Below the pieces are notes generated by a model. The model ran no database searches. It was not told where the DNA came from and saw nothing but the letters and a program-made list of their open reading frames with translations. This document shows positions 8,870-17,866 of a stretch of DNA of 32,000 nt, in pieces. How positions within the stretch are numbered: position 1 is the stretch's first letter; every line of letters starts with the position of its first letter. This stretch comes from Candidatus Heimdallarchaeota archaeon (GTDB lineage Archaea; Asgardarchaeota; Heimdallarchaeia; JABLTI01): positions 1 through 32,000 of the forward strand of contig JAUWKS010000013.1 of the NCBI GenBank assembly GCA_030614005.1. The letters run 5' to 3'. Position numbers and translations under genes: made by a program.

Positions 8870-9214
8870 TCAAACTTCTCTTTCATGTTCGAAACTAGTA
8901 ATTCTGTTTCTACTTGCATCATAACGAACTTTTTTGAAAGGCATATGTTTTTGCAAGTGGTTTTTGAGGCAACTGTTCTGACGATGAAAGTATTCTTTGT
9001 GCTCTTCACAATAGAATAGAATTTCTTGATCTAAGAAAGGCTTCCCACAACAAGCACAGATTTTATCTTGAATTTCAATATAGCATTTAAAATGAATAGT
9101 TAGATTTTCGGTAATGTGCACTAAATCATCTTTATGTATCTTTTGATTACACATTGAACAAACCATTTCCTGATTGTCTTGTTCAAATGTTAGTTCTGTG
9201 TTTTCATTATACAC
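8870..9214 (-). CDS. Small tandem zinc-finger protein (LIM/PHD-like treble clef)
   Basis: GTG start with upstream AGGTGA; C-x2-C-x18-H-x2-C then C-x2-C-x12-C-x2-H-x4-H-x4-C-x3-H. Confidence 0.7.
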   Translation of the reverse strand: MYNENTELTFEQDNQEMVCSMCNQKIHKDDLVHITENLTIHFKCYIEIQDKICACCGKPFLDQEILFYCEEHKEYFHRQNSCLKNHLQKHMPFKKVRYDASRNRITSFEHEREV

Positions 9215-9506
9215 ATTCGTTCACCTGCTGCTCTTTCATCTAATGTTAGACTGTTTACGCGCACCTGTTGTGTGATAAATTGTTCATTTTTATTAAAGAG
9301 AACTGGGTTGGGAGACGACCGAATATATTCGAAAATTCATTTCTATAATGGAGAAGCACTACCAAACTATTATATGTAAACAATTGTGTCAATAGTAAAT
9401 TATCAGACAATGTAGAGTTGATACTGAGTTCAGCTATATCATAGTCTTCGCAAAGATTTTTAAGCAAACATTTAACGCTTGAATATCAGAATAAAAAAAG
9501 TTTATT

Positions 9507-9511
9507 GGTGA
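9507..9511 (+). promoter_or_regulatory. Shine-Dalgarno-like GGTGA upstream of rps12
   Basis: GGTGA 8 nt before the ATG at 9520; same motif precedes rps7 (9963-9967), dnaK (17855-17859), the ubiquitin gene (22512-22517, minus) and larB. Confidence 0.6.
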
Positions 9512-9519
9512 AATAAGAA

Positions 9520-9963
9520 ATGCCAGGTAGTAAAAGTCCACGAGGCGAGTTCGCAGGCCGCCAAATCAAAAACAAAAGAAAGAAATTCCGTTGGAAGGAT
9601 ATTTACTACAAGAGAAAAATATTGGGTTTAGATAAGAAAACCGATCCTCTTGCTGCAGCTCCTCAAGCATCTGGAATTGTTGTAGAGAAATACGGTGTTG
9701 AATCTAAACAACCAAATTCAGCTCTTCGTAAATGTGTCCGAGTTCAATTAATTAAGAACGGTAAACAAATTGGTGCCTTTGTACCACTAGACGGTGGATT
9801 AACCCACATTGCTGAACATGATAGAGTAATCGTTGAAGGTATTGGTGGAGCAAAAGGTGGAGCAAAAGGAGACCTTCCAGGTATCAAATGGCGCGTTTCG
9901 AAAGTAAATGGCGTTTCGCTCGAAAGTTTAGTTTACGGTAAGAAAGAAAAACCTGTACGATAG
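9520..9963 (+). CDS. rps12: 30S ribosomal protein uS12 (archaeal S12/S23e type)
   Basis: [34 protein letters not shown]. Confidence 0.98.
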   Translation: MPGSKSPRGEFAGRQIKNKRKKFRWKDIYYKRKILGLDKKTDPLAAAPQASGIVVEKYGVESKQPNSALRKCVRVQLIKNGKQIGAFVPLDGGLTHIAEHDRVIVEGIGGAKGGAKGDLPGIKWRVSKVNGVSLESLVYGKKEKPVR

Positions 9964-9973
9964 GTGAAATGAA

Positions 9974-10957
9974 ATGCCTAAAGATAAGAAAGACAAAAAG
10001 GTAGCTACTAAAGAAAAAGCAGATAAAAAAGATAAATCTGCAAAGAAGAAGGAAGCTTCCAAAAAAGAAGAGAAGAAAGCTCCAAAGAAAGAGAAAGCAG
10101 CTGCAGAATCAAAGAAAGATAAGAAGAAGACAAAGGAAGCCTCAAAGAAAGAAGAAAAGAAGGCTCCAAAGAAAGAGAAAGCAGCAGCTAAGGTCGCACC
10201 AAAAGAAACTTCTCCTAAAAAAGAAGAGAAGAAACCAGCAGCGGCTAAAAAAGAGGAAGCTAAACCAGCAGTAGCAGATAAAGAAGTTAAACCAAAAGCT
10301 GCCAAAACAGAAGAAAAACTAAAGACAACTCCAAAGAAACAACCTGAAGACAAAAAGGTTGAGGAAGAAAAGGAAGAGGAATTACCTAATTATGATCATA
10401 TCAAACTTTTCAACAAATGGAGTTATACTGATATAGAAATTATCGATCCCGGTCTTAAAGCATATATTAGTCTTCGACAAGTTATTATCCCTCACACAGG
10501 TGGCAGATACGCACATCGAAGATTTAAGAAAGCTGAAATGCCAATTGTTGAACGCCTTGTCAACAAATTAATGAAAACTAAGAGAGGCACTGGTAAGAAA
10601 ATAAGAATGATTAAAGCTGTTAGAATTGCTTTTGAAATAATCAATTTACAAACAGGAAAGAATCCTATTCAAGTTCTTATTGATGCAATTCAAAAAACAT
10701 CTCCAAGAGAAGAAGTTACTAGAATAACTTATGGTGGAATGGCTCAATTACAATCAGTCGATGTTGCACCTATGAGAAGAAGTGATATTTCTTTAAAAAA
10801 CATTGTTGAAGGTGTATACAAGAAATCATTCAATAACATTCTTTCTTCTGAAGAAATCCTTGCAAAAGAATTAATCGATGCTTCTGAAAACAAAACATCA
10901 AGCTTCGCAGTTAGTAAAATGCAAGAAATTGAGCGTGTCGCTCTAAGTGCTAGATAA
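9974..10957 (+). CDS. rps7: 30S ribosomal protein uS7 with ~136-aa Lys/Glu/Ala-rich N-terminal extension
   Basis: Core from IKLFNKWSY: PHTGGRY, PIVERLVNKLM, NPIQVL, PREEVTRI, VDVAPMRR, ERVALSAR. Confidence 0.96.
   Translation: MPKDKKDKKVATKEKADKKDKSAKKKEASKKEEKKAPKKEKAAAESKKDKKKTKEASKKEEKKAPKKEKAAAKVAPKETSPKKEEKKPAAAKKEEAKPAVADKEVKPKAAKTEEKLKTTPKKQPEDKKVEEEKEEELPNYDHIKLFNKWSYTDIEIIDPGLKAYISLRQVIIPHTGGRYAHRRFKKAEMPIVERLVNKLMKTKRGTGKKIRMIKAVRIAFEIINLQTGKNPIQVLIDAIQKTSPREEVTRITYGGMAQLQSVDVAPMRRSDISLKNIVEGVYKKSFNNILSSEEILAKELIDASENKTSSFAVSKMQEIERVALSAR
10049..10189 (+). repeat. Duplicated 57-nt unit (KEASKKEEKKAPKKEKAAA) in the uS7 extension, period 84 nt
   Basis: Copies at 10049-10105 and 10133-10189 encode an identical 19-aa peptide with several synonymous differences. 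Confidence 0.9.
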
Positions 10958-11009
10958 ATAATTCAGAAAGGAAATCATCTGCCCAAAAAGGGCATCCTTT
11001 ATTCTTTTT

Positions 11010-12269
11010 TCATTTCAATTCAGTTACTTCTTCTTGTCCTAAATTGAGGATTTCATTTACCTTTTTGGATTCAATCCATTGATATTTGCGATTTTGGTTT
11101 ATAATGAGGAAAACTGAGAGAATCAAAAGACTGCATAAATAGGCGATTTCAATAAGTCCCTTTCCAAATGAGAAATAGGAAGTCACCAATTGAATTACTA
11201 ATGGAATTAAAACAATTAATCCAAAATAACCAAGAATGAGACTAAACCATTCCGGACGTAGATCGATTTTTGTTTTTTCTTGTTGTTTATATGGTTCTTG
11301 AGTTTTTGGTTTCTTTGTTTTCTTTAATATAATAAGAGTAGATCCCACAATGGTGCCAATTCCAGCTAAACCAATTATTACAAGATAAATAATGAAATAG
11401 ACATTGTAAAGATTGAAATAATCGAAAATTGCACTGAGTGAAATAATGAAATTCCAAGCAGCATGTAGAATTGTTACTAGAATCACTTTTTCTGTCAGAA
11501 AATAGATTGTGCCAAGAATTAAACCAATTAAAAAAGTGAAAATAAAATGAATAACAAAATAATAGAAGGAATAGGTAAGATCTACCGATGAATGCGCAAA
11601 AGCAAAGATTATACTTGAGAAAGTGATTGCAGCGTATTTATTCATACCTTGTTTTAAAGTTTGAATCATAGACCATCGATAAAAAATCTCTTCAGCTATT
11701 GGGGCACCAATTGAAACCAAAATGATTGCGAAAATAATCACTCCAAGGTTCCCCGAATTGAAAAAATCATACGGAGTTTCTACAGAAAAATCAGGAAAGA
11801 ATTTGTTTTCAATTAGCGAAATTATTGTTTGTAAACCGGCAACAATGAAAAATATTAGTGCAAAACCATAGCCCAGGATTTTTAGATCTTTCTTCGAAAT
11901 TTTAAAACCTATTTTAGAAGGGATGAATTTTGTTTTTCTATTCATTCCAAAAATAATAAAACCGATGATTACTGTTGCGATCAAATTAACAATTAAAAGA
12001 GCATAAATAACATTTGTAGAATTTTGGTCATAGTAACCATTAGCATCTACTTCTATAATTTGAAACGTCGAAAAAATCATCAATAAAATTACTCCAAAAA
12101 GTGAACCAATAACTTGAAATGATGAGTAATAAAAAACTGAAAACCATAGCCCAAAATTCGCGAAGAATTTTTTCTCATCGATCTTTTCTTTTTGATCATC
12201 AATAGAATTAGTATCTATTTGTAACTCACCTGTTTCTTCTATCATTGGTTTAGACTCTTCTGGTAACAT
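11010..12269 (-). CDS. CPBP family intramembrane glutamic endopeptidase (Abi/CAAX protease Rce1-like)
   Basis: Polytopic; APIAEEIFYR (EExxxR), IFAFAH (FxxxH), LHAAWN (HxxxN). Confidence 0.9.
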   Translation of the reverse strand: MLPEESKPMIEETGELQIDTNSIDDQKEKIDEKKFFANFGLWFSVFYYSSFQVIGSLFGVILLMIFSTFQIIEVDANGYYDQNSTNVIYALLIVNLIATVIIGFIIFGMNRKTKFIPSKIGFKISKKDLKILGYGFALIFFIVAGLQTIISLIENKFFPDFSVETPYDFFNSGNLGVIIFAIILVSIGAPIAEEIFYRWSMIQTLKQGMNKYAAITFSSIIFAFAHSSVDLTYSFYYFVIHFIFTFLIGLILGTIYFLTEKVILVTILHAAWNFIISLSAIFDYFNLYNVYFIIYLVIIGLAGIGTIVGSTLIILKKTKKPKTQEPYKQQEKTKIDLRPEWFSLILGYFGLIVLIPLVIQLVTSYFSFGKGLIEIAYLCSLLILSVFLIINQNRKYQWIESKKVNEILNLGQEEVTELK

Positions 12270-12360
12270 ATTTAATCATCTCAATGGTCTAATTTTATTG
12301 ATGAGGATAATAGTTATTTATAAAATTATAATACAGTAATAATATAGCTAGATAATTCTT

Positions 12361-12675
12361 GTGGAGATTTGTAAAACAATGAGCTACGATATTCTATCTT
12401 CGATTCTTGGAAACAACGTGCCAGTTAAACTCGTGGAATTTTTCATAGTGAATAATGAGGGGATGTTTCAATTGACAGATATAGCTAAAATGATCGGCAT
12501 ATCTCACTCAAGAGTTCATGATTTGATTGACAATTTGGTGAAATATCGCATTGTATTTGAAACAAGGCAAAGTAGAACTCGGTTATTTGAATTAAATAAA
12601 AATAATCCTGTTGTAAAACAGCTCCAAGAATTATATAGAATAACAAGAGCATATAAACTTGCAAGTGAATATTAA
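12361..12675 (+). CDS. Winged-helix (ArsR/MarR-like) DNA-binding protein
   Basis: FQLTDIAKMIGISHSRVHDLIDNLVKYRIV HTH plus wing RTRLFELNKNNPVV; probable ATG start at 12379. Confidence 0.8.
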   Translation: MEICKTMSYDILSSILGNNVPVKLVEFFIVNNEGMFQLTDIAKMIGISHSRVHDLIDNLVKYRIVFETRQSRTRLFELNKNNPVVKQLQELYRITRAYKLASEY

Positions 12676-12724
12676 ATAATAACGATTTAGAGCCACTAAT
12701 TGCAAAGTAAGGAAGGTAGGAACG

Positions 12725-13468
12725 ATGGTTGAAGAAAACAGAAAAAAAAGAGCTTTTTTGCTTGATATGATAACAGATGCTCAATCATTTATTTATCAAG
12801 GGAAAAAAATTGAAGCACTCCAATGTTTTGACAAAATATTGGAGAAGTTTCCGGAAGAAATACCAGCGATATATGGAAAAGGAATGGTTTATTTTGAATT
12901 TGGTGAAATAGAACAAGCAATAGGTCAATTTGATATTGTTCTTGAGATGGATCCCAATGAAATAGATTCGTTATATGCCAAAGGAGCAATTTTGAGTAAT
13001 CTTGGAAAAAACCAAGAAGCACTTACACTTCTTGAAAAAACCATTGAGTTGGATCCAAAATTACATATTGCGTGGTTAGCTAAAGGGTATATTTTTCTAA
13101 ATGAGGAAAAGTATGACGAAGCGATTATCAGTTTTTCAAAAGTAGAAGAATTAGGACAAAAAGAATCAGTGTATACTGGAAAGGGGCATGCTCTTAGAAA
13201 AATGGACAAATTTGAAGAAGCAGAAACAAACTATAAACTTGCACTTGGTATTGATCCCTATGATGCCGAAGCTTTATTCGGTCTTGGAGCAATTGAATAT
13301 AGAAACAACAAATTGAAACAAGCACTTGATTATCTTTACAGAAGTGTTGTGCAAGATGAAGAAATCGTAGAAGCTTGGGAAATTTTAGTAGAAGTTTATA
13401 GGTTGCTGAAAAAACCTGAGAAAGAAAAAATTGCTCGAGATAAATTGAAAGCACTAAAAGAAAAATAA
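12725..13468 (+). CDS. Tetratricopeptide repeat protein
   Basis: About six 34-aa TPRs (AIYGKGMVY, SLYAKGAIL, AWLAKGYIF, VYTGKGHAL, ALFGLGAIE). Confidence 0.92.
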   Translation: MVEENRKKRAFLLDMITDAQSFIYQGKKIEALQCFDKILEKFPEEIPAIYGKGMVYFEFGEIEQAIGQFDIVLEMDPNEIDSLYAKGAILSNLGKNQEALTLLEKTIELDPKLHIAWLAKGYIFLNEEKYDEAIISFSKVEELGQKESVYTGKGHALRKMDKFEEAETNYKLALGIDPYDAEALFGLGAIEYRNNKLKQALDYLYRSVVQDEEIVEAWEILVEVYRLLKKPEKEKIARDKLKALKEK

Positions 13469-13582
13469 ACAATCTTTGAGCTTACTGTACAAATTACTTC
13501 TATTTTCAGCGAACACAAAAAACTTATCTTTCACTATATCTAAAATTAGTTGGAATCAAATTTCCAAGGAAAATAGATAATA

Positions 13583-14272
13583 ATGTTTGTAGTAAAAATT
13601 GGTGGTTCAATACTATTTGATAAAGATTATCAATTAAAACAAAAATTACTTTCAAATTATGCAAAAACAATTCGTAATATCTTTAGTGAATCCAAGAAAA
13701 AATGTGCTATCGTAGTTGGTGGCGGAAAACTTGCTAGAAAATATATTGCTGCAACTCGTGCTTTGGGCGCAACTGAAGCCTATAATGATATTATGGGTAT
13801 AGAAGCAGCCAAATTGAACGCAAGATTGCTTATTGGAGCTTTAGGTGATATGGCTTATCCAGAACCTCCTAATAGTTCCCAAGAGTTTCATGCACTATTT
13901 AATGTAACAGATAAAATCATCGTTTGTGGTGGATTTCAACCTGGACAATCAACAAACGCTGTTGCAGCAACAATTGCTGAAATAGTATCTGCTGAGAAAC
14001 TATTGAATCTCACAGATGTAGATGGTGTATATACTGCAGATCCTGATAAAGATCCCAATGCAAAGTTGTTGAAAGAATTAGCAATAAATGATCTTATATC
14101 ATTAATAGCAAAACAGACAACAAAAGCAGGTCAATATCCACTGTTCGATAATACTGCAGTCCAAATTGTTCAAAGATCTAAAATCGTTTTGCAATTTATT
14201 AACGGGACCGATCCAGAAAACTTAACGAAAGCAATAGCAGGAAAATCAATTGGAACACTAATAACTCATTAA
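13583..14272 (+). CDS. pyrH: Uridylate kinase (archaeal type)
   Basis: VVKIGGS, IVVGGGKLARKYI, GGFQPGQSTNAVAA, TDVDGVYTADP. Confidence 0.95.
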   Translation: MFVVKIGGSILFDKDYQLKQKLLSNYAKTIRNIFSESKKKCAIVVGGGKLARKYIAATRALGATEAYNDIMGIEAAKLNARLLIGALGDMAYPEPPNSSQEFHALFNVTDKIIVCGGFQPGQSTNAVAATIAEIVSAEKLLNLTDVDGVYTADPDKDPNAKLLKELAINDLISLIAKQTTKAGQYPLFDNTAVQIVQRSKIVLQFINGTDPENLTKAIAGKSIGTLITH

Positions 14273-14325
14273 TTTGAAAGTAAATTATCAATCATAAAGA
14301 TAACAATTATTTATTTTCTTTTTCC

Positions 14326-15996
14326 TTGGTTATTTGGAAAAAGGATGTAAAAGTAATGAATGTTGTAAAAAAAGAGGAAGAAGAACAAGGTGAATCTTCA
14401 GTTGTTGAAGAGGAAAAGAAATCCAAAAAACAAAAACCTCCAAAAAAGGACACTGTGAAAAAAGAAAAAGTGAAAAAGGAACCCAAAGCTACTCAAGAAA
14501 TAGCTGCAGAAGAAATTATTGAAGAAGAGCAAGATGAAGATACTGACGAAGAGGTATCAACAAAATTTGATAAAGATGAATATATCTATCAAAAATTGGT
14601 TAAGAGACGAAATCATGTTTATTCTTGCATAGCAAATGTATTAAAGAATTACAACAGAAAAAAAGTTTTAGATGCTTTCATTCCTGAGAGAGAAAAATTA
14701 GCTATGAGCCTTGCAACCATTCTAATGACAAAGGATGGATTATCTGCTGGTGATTTCAGTAATTTATCAACTTACAGCTCAGAAGGTAAACAGGATAACT
14801 TAACAACAAATGAAATAATAGCTCTATCAGCAATTAATTTTCTTATAAATCAAGTTCATTCCCTAACTAAAGAAGGAGAAGGGGAAATGGAATTTTCAAA
14901 AGAAGCAAAAAAACATTTGAAGGAACTAGCAATTGATTGGGCAAAATTACGTGATCAAGCATTTATGTTCTCAAATGGTATGATAAAATTGGAATACGAA
15001 TTGCATGATGAACTTCATTTTGTCAAAACGGAATTATATCAAGAAACCGAATTGAAATTGAAAAGTATTGGTATTTCGCAAGATACAGGAGCAACTACGA
15101 AGCTTCGTGAATTGCGGGATCAAAGACGAAAAATATCTGATAGAACCATTCAAGAATTAAATGATATGGTAAGATCTTGGCACAGTGAAATTGCTTATTT
15201 AAGAAGAATTACCGAATTCTATGCTTCAATGAGGCAATTAAATGATGAAGAAGTTGAGGCATTATCCATTCTGTTTGAGAATTTTGGCAGTTTGATGGGC
15301 TTATCTAACTTAAAAAACCCATTTAAAGATTTGAAGATGTCTGTGATAGATGATTTACGCAGCAGAAACGCGAAACTCGATCCTTTAGAAGAAATGCGAT
15401 TTTTGCTCTACGAAACAATAATGAAATTTCAATTAGGTAATGAAAATGTTCCATATTTCCTTTGCAGAAAAATAACCAAAAATGACGAACATTATTTACA
15501 AATACCAATTATTTCTTTACTGCTATTTTCACGATTCTGTAACTCTTATAGTGAAACAACTAGAAGCAAAAAAGCACACGACCTAGAATTAATAGCTTCT
15601 GAAATTGCAACATTATCTGGTTGGGAAATTGTAGATCAAAATGTGGAAATTCTAAGCGAAGGAGACACTGTAACAGAAATTGATATTATTATTAAACGGA
15701 AAAAAACAGTCATCGTAATTGAAGTTAAAGACTTAGCATTATGGCGTGGTTGGTACTTTGACCGAGAGAGTTTAATCAAAAGATATGAAATTTTCACTAT
15801 AGCAGCAAAGAAATTAAGGGAACGACGACTTTTACTAAAACTCCCAACTGCTAAATTGCTAATTGTAACAGCACTAAACGAGCGTTGGAAAAATGCAGAT
15901 CATATACCAATCGTTCCTTTAAAATCACTACACAAATACTTGAAAAAATTAAAAAGATTAGAAAAAAAGCGCTCAAGTAAACCTAAGAGAAGATAA
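14326..15996 (+). CDS. Large hypothetical protein with C-terminal PD-(D/E)XK (NERD/Mrr-like) nuclease domain
   Basis: EIDIIIKRKKTVIVIEVKD matches the (D)-x10-13-ExK signature; charged low-complexity N-terminus; probable ATG start at 14356. Confidence 0.65.
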   Translation: MVIWKKDVKVMNVVKKEEEEQGESSVVEEEKKSKKQKPPKKDTVKKEKVKKEPKATQEIAAEEIIEEEQDEDTDEEVSTKFDKDEYIYQKLVKRRNHVYSCIANVLKNYNRKKVLDAFIPEREKLAMSLATILMTKDGLSAGDFSNLSTYSSEGKQDNLTTNEIIALSAINFLINQVHSLTKEGEGEMEFSKEAKKHLKELAIDWAKLRDQAFMFSNGMIKLEYELHDELHFVKTELYQETELKLKSIGISQDTGATTKLRELRDQRRKISDRTIQELNDMVRSWHSEIAYLRRITEFYASMRQLNDEEVEALSILFENFGSLMGLSNLKNPFKDLKMSVIDDLRSRNAKLDPLEEMRFLLYETIMKFQLGNENVPYFLCRKITKNDEHYLQIPIISLLLFSRFCNSYSETTRSKKAHDLELIASEIATLSGWEIVDQNVEILSEGDTVTEIDIIIKRKKTVIVIEVKDLALWRGWYFDRESLIKRYEIFTIAAKKLRERRLLLKLPTAKLLIVTALNERWKNADHIPIVPLKSLHKYLKKLKRLEKKRSSKPKRR

Positions 15997-16002
15997 TTCT
16001 TC

Positions 16003-16767
16003 TCATTTTTCACTTTTTTGGCTTTCTGAATCGATTTCTATTGGAGCTACATCATTACTTTTATTGTCAATACTTTGCATGAAATCGAATCTTCGTAGTA
16101 AATCGAAATAAATTAATATTTCAACCATGCAGGCAACAAAGGCAATTGTACGCATAATTGGAAATGCCACTGTGTTAGATTCATAATCAACTTGCAGAAG
16201 GCTAAGAATATTTGAAATAGGATAAATTAACGCAAACACACCAAAAATGTAAGGGAAAAGACTACCACCATAACCAATATTTGCTTTGCTCTTTAATCGT
16301 CTTTGGAAGATATCAAAGACAATAAAAACGAAGATCAAAAGTAAGCTGGTAACTAATTCAAAGGTATAAAATATGTTGTTCATATAGATTATGTAATCTT
16401 CCATAGTACCATGTAATTCTATAGGACCCGGTATCAGTTGTGTAAATTTGAAGAAAATATATGCAGCTTTAATACAAACGTAAAAGTAAAGGGATATTGA
16501 AGCAAAAATTGCCAACTTGTTAATTTTAATATAGTATATACTTAACATCATCATTCCTGTTGCTAGTACACAAGTAAATGATGCGAAGAGAATATTAGTA
16601 ATAATATTTTCAATAAGGTTGAAGTTTGTAGTACTTTTTTCAACAAAGGTTGTGTTGTAAAGAATAAATCGAATTAATGCCCAAGTTGTGTCTATAACTA
16701 TTAAAGGGATAAGCAATTGAGTTCCGATTTTGGCAATTCTTTGAGCGTATTTGAAATTAATCCCCAT
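16003..16767 (-). CDS. Hypothetical polytopic membrane protein (~6 TM)
   Basis: Six hydrophobic segments; no recognisable motif. Confidence 0.7.
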   Translation of the reverse strand: MGINFKYAQRIAKIGTQLLIPLIVIDTTWALIRFILYNTTFVEKSTTNFNLIENIITNILFASFTCVLATGMMMLSIYYIKINKLAIFASISLYFYVCIKAAYIFFKFTQLIPGPIELHGTMEDYIIYMNNIFYTFELVTSLLLIFVFIVFDIFQRRLKSKANIGYGGSLFPYIFGVFALIYPISNILSLLQVDYESNTVAFPIMRTIAFVACMVEILIYFDLLRRFDFMQSIDNKSNDVAPIEIDSESQKSEK

Positions 16768-16937
16768 TAATATCTTCCACCAATGATTTGTATTTCAAGA
16801 TTATGAAGATAATACTAACAAAAGATTTCAAGTTCTAGTACTATTAAAATGATTTGCCTAGTGATATAATTCTATTAGTCTACAAGTGATTTTACTTTAT
16901 TTTCTAAGATACTACAGCCAAAATCATCTTAGAAAGT

Positions 16938-16973
16938 TAATTCCTCACATAAAAATAATTACTCACATAAATA
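16938..16973. repeat. Tandem 18-bp imperfect direct repeat upstream of grpE-dnaK
   Basis: taattcctcacataaaaa (16938-16955) and taattactcacataaata (16956-16973), 16/18 identical, followed by TATA-like gatatatttaaaa. Confidence 0.7.
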
Positions 16974-17133
16974 GATATATTTAAAACGTTTGTTTTACCA
17001 AAGGGAATTAATAAATAAGAATAGCTTATCAAAAATATTCTCAATAGAAGATACATTAAAATAACACTTGATAAGAAAATTCAAACCTAACAGAAAAAAA
17101 ACTCGTTGAATGAAATAGGAGTAAGAAACAACT

Positions 17134-17838
17134 ATGAATGGTTCAAATAAGAATAAGAAACAAAAAATTAATGAAACCAATGATTCAAAGGAAGAACCAA
17201 TTACTACAAATGACAATGAATTAGAAGATCCTTCAAGAATTCAAGAAATTTTGAAAAAAATCGACGAAACTCCTAAAGCAAAAAAACTCCTCAAAGAATT
17301 TGATGGACAATTCAAAGATATTAGTATCAAAGATATATTAGAAACAGATGACAAACTTCAGGAAGAAATTCTGAAGGTTAAAAAAGAACGAAAAGAATAC
17401 TTAGACTCACTTCAAAGATTCAAAGCTGATTTTGAGAACTATAAAAAACGTGCTCAGAAACAAGAAGAAAGTAATATTCGGTATTCATCTGATCGAATAC
17501 TTTCCAAAGTCTTTGAACCTATAGATGACTTAAGCAGAATTATTGATTTTGCAATAAAAAACAAAGAGAATAAAGTACCGTTGGATGGATTAGAAATGAC
17601 CTACAAAAAATTAGTAAAAATCTTGGAAGAAGAAGGTGTTTCAATTATTAATCCTCAACCCGGTGATATTTTTGATCCAAAGTACCACGAAGCAATTTGT
17701 GTTGACAATTCTGATAGGTTCCGTGCAAATGAAATCGTTCAGCAATTTGAAAAGGGCTATAAAATAAAGGATCGAGTTATTCGAGCATCTAAAGTTATGG
17801 TCTCTTCAGAAGAAAAGAACGAAAAAAACAACGATTAA
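17134..17838 (+). CDS. grpE: Nucleotide exchange factor GrpE
   Basis: [45 protein letters not shown]. Confidence 0.96.
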   Translation: MNGSNKNKKQKINETNDSKEEPITTNDNELEDPSRIQEILKKIDETPKAKKLLKEFDGQFKDISIKDILETDDKLQEEILKVKKERKEYLDSLQRFKADFENYKKRAQKQEESNIRYSSDRILSKVFEPIDDLSRIIDFAIKNKENKVPLDGLEMTYKKLVKILEEEGVSIINPQPGDIFDPKYHEAICVDNSDRFRANEIVQQFEKGYKIKDRVIRASKVMVSSEEKNEKNND

Positions 17839-17866
17839 AATAAAGGTAAAAAATGGTGAAAATAAA

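Noticed and set aside
9215-9519. Possible small ORF (9255-9467) or structured RNA upstream of rps12
   Set aside because: No SD or motif for the ORF; no tRNA cloverleaf, CCA/TpsiC arm or convincing stem. Most likely divergent promoters.
9928-10353. 141-aa antisense ORF rich in F/S/L/A
   Set aside because: Reverse-complement shadow of the AAG/GAA-rich uS7 tail, which has few antisense stops; no independent coding signal.
10980-10994. tgccc-aaaaa-gggca hairpin after rps7
   Set aside because: Only a 5-bp stem; plausible terminator but too weak to call.
14326-15996. HEPN RNase motif in the large nuclease-like protein
   Set aside because: RRNH spacing does not fit R-x4-6-H; not supported.
16768-17133. 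CIRCE or other known heat-shock element upstream of grpE
   Set aside because: No TTAGCACTC-N9-GAGTGCTAA seen; only the 18-bp tandem repeat reported above.
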